A DNA stretch of 10,001 nt, taken from Azolla caroliniana. Its lineage: Eukaryota; Plantae; Polypodiophyta. The stretch spans positions 1-10,001 of the forward strand of contig JBHGNT010001307.1 in NCBI GenBank assembly GCA_043228905.1. Reading direction: 5' to 3'. Position 1 is the first letter of the stretch. Each line of letters opens with the position of its first letter. The position numbers and the translations under genes were made by a program. This document shows, one piece after another, positions 9,312 to 10,001 of the stretch. Below the pieces are notes generated by a model. That model was given only the letters and a program-made list of their open reading frames with translations. It searched no databases and was not told the origin of the DNA.

Positions 9312-10001
9312 TTGACTAAGGGAGATTTGGAAAATAAATAAAAAGTTCAAGTATTTTATTATTATCTTACTCCTTAGTTCTTTCTAGTGAAAGTGTGTCC
9401 ACATGCCACAAACAATACACACAATACCAAATTTTAATTTCACCTTCTTAAGTACAAGTTGTGGAGAACTATATTTATAATTACTTGTTGAATAGACTAA
9501 ATGTCTTACACATGTTTTCATTTATTTCTCGTGAGACATTATTAGAGATATTGTTGCTCTTACACTCTTGATTATTATCTAGCAAGGAGAACTTCATGGG
9601 AGCTCAAGGAGAATTGTATACAATAAATTCGTATCAAGGATGTCGTGCATAGTGGGGACAATTGACGCAATTTGATAAGTTGACATATGCTTAAATTGTG
9701 TGATGATTGATTAAATAATCAGTTTGGAGTTGATAGCCAGACTGGTCGATCAAAAAGCTTCCAAATAATTGTTTGCAACGTGAGTATATTCGACATTAGT
9801 TCATTTGCTCGGGAAGAAACGAGAGTGTCCAAACTCTATTGTATTTTCTAAACTCTAAACACGAAAAAAAATATCATAGCATTGTGAGACTTTTCGTTTG
9901 TGAGAATACTCTTCAAGTTATAATATTTGCATCATAGCAAGCATCACGTACAATGGTATATAAATAACCGTGATATGGGGGGATGTGGCACATTACATTT
10001 T

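Overview
AT-rich land-plant genomic DNA. The (AG)n-rich context and repeat families suggest a non-flowering vascular plant such as a fern, but this is inference. Bases ~250-2000 on the + strand hold seven GT-AG exons that splice in frame into the C-terminal part of a DEMETER/ROS1-family (DML) 5-methylcytosine DNA glycosylase, covering the permuted-CXXC region and the RRM_DME domain. This copy is diverged: the CXXC segment keeps only two Cys, and I could not find the canonical last exon (G[FY]VCVRGFD..RAPRPL..RLH). Downstream, ~3360-3900 looks like a CpG-rich minus-strand promoter and first exon with a GT-AG intron, pointing convergently into the DML 3' end. The rest is degenerate intergenic DNA with a LINE RT remnant (~4420-5090), Ty1/copia remnants (~6140-6690 on -, ~7070-7235 on +), microsatellites and small tandem duplications. 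Most ORF-track ORFs are spurious or are exon/TE fragments.
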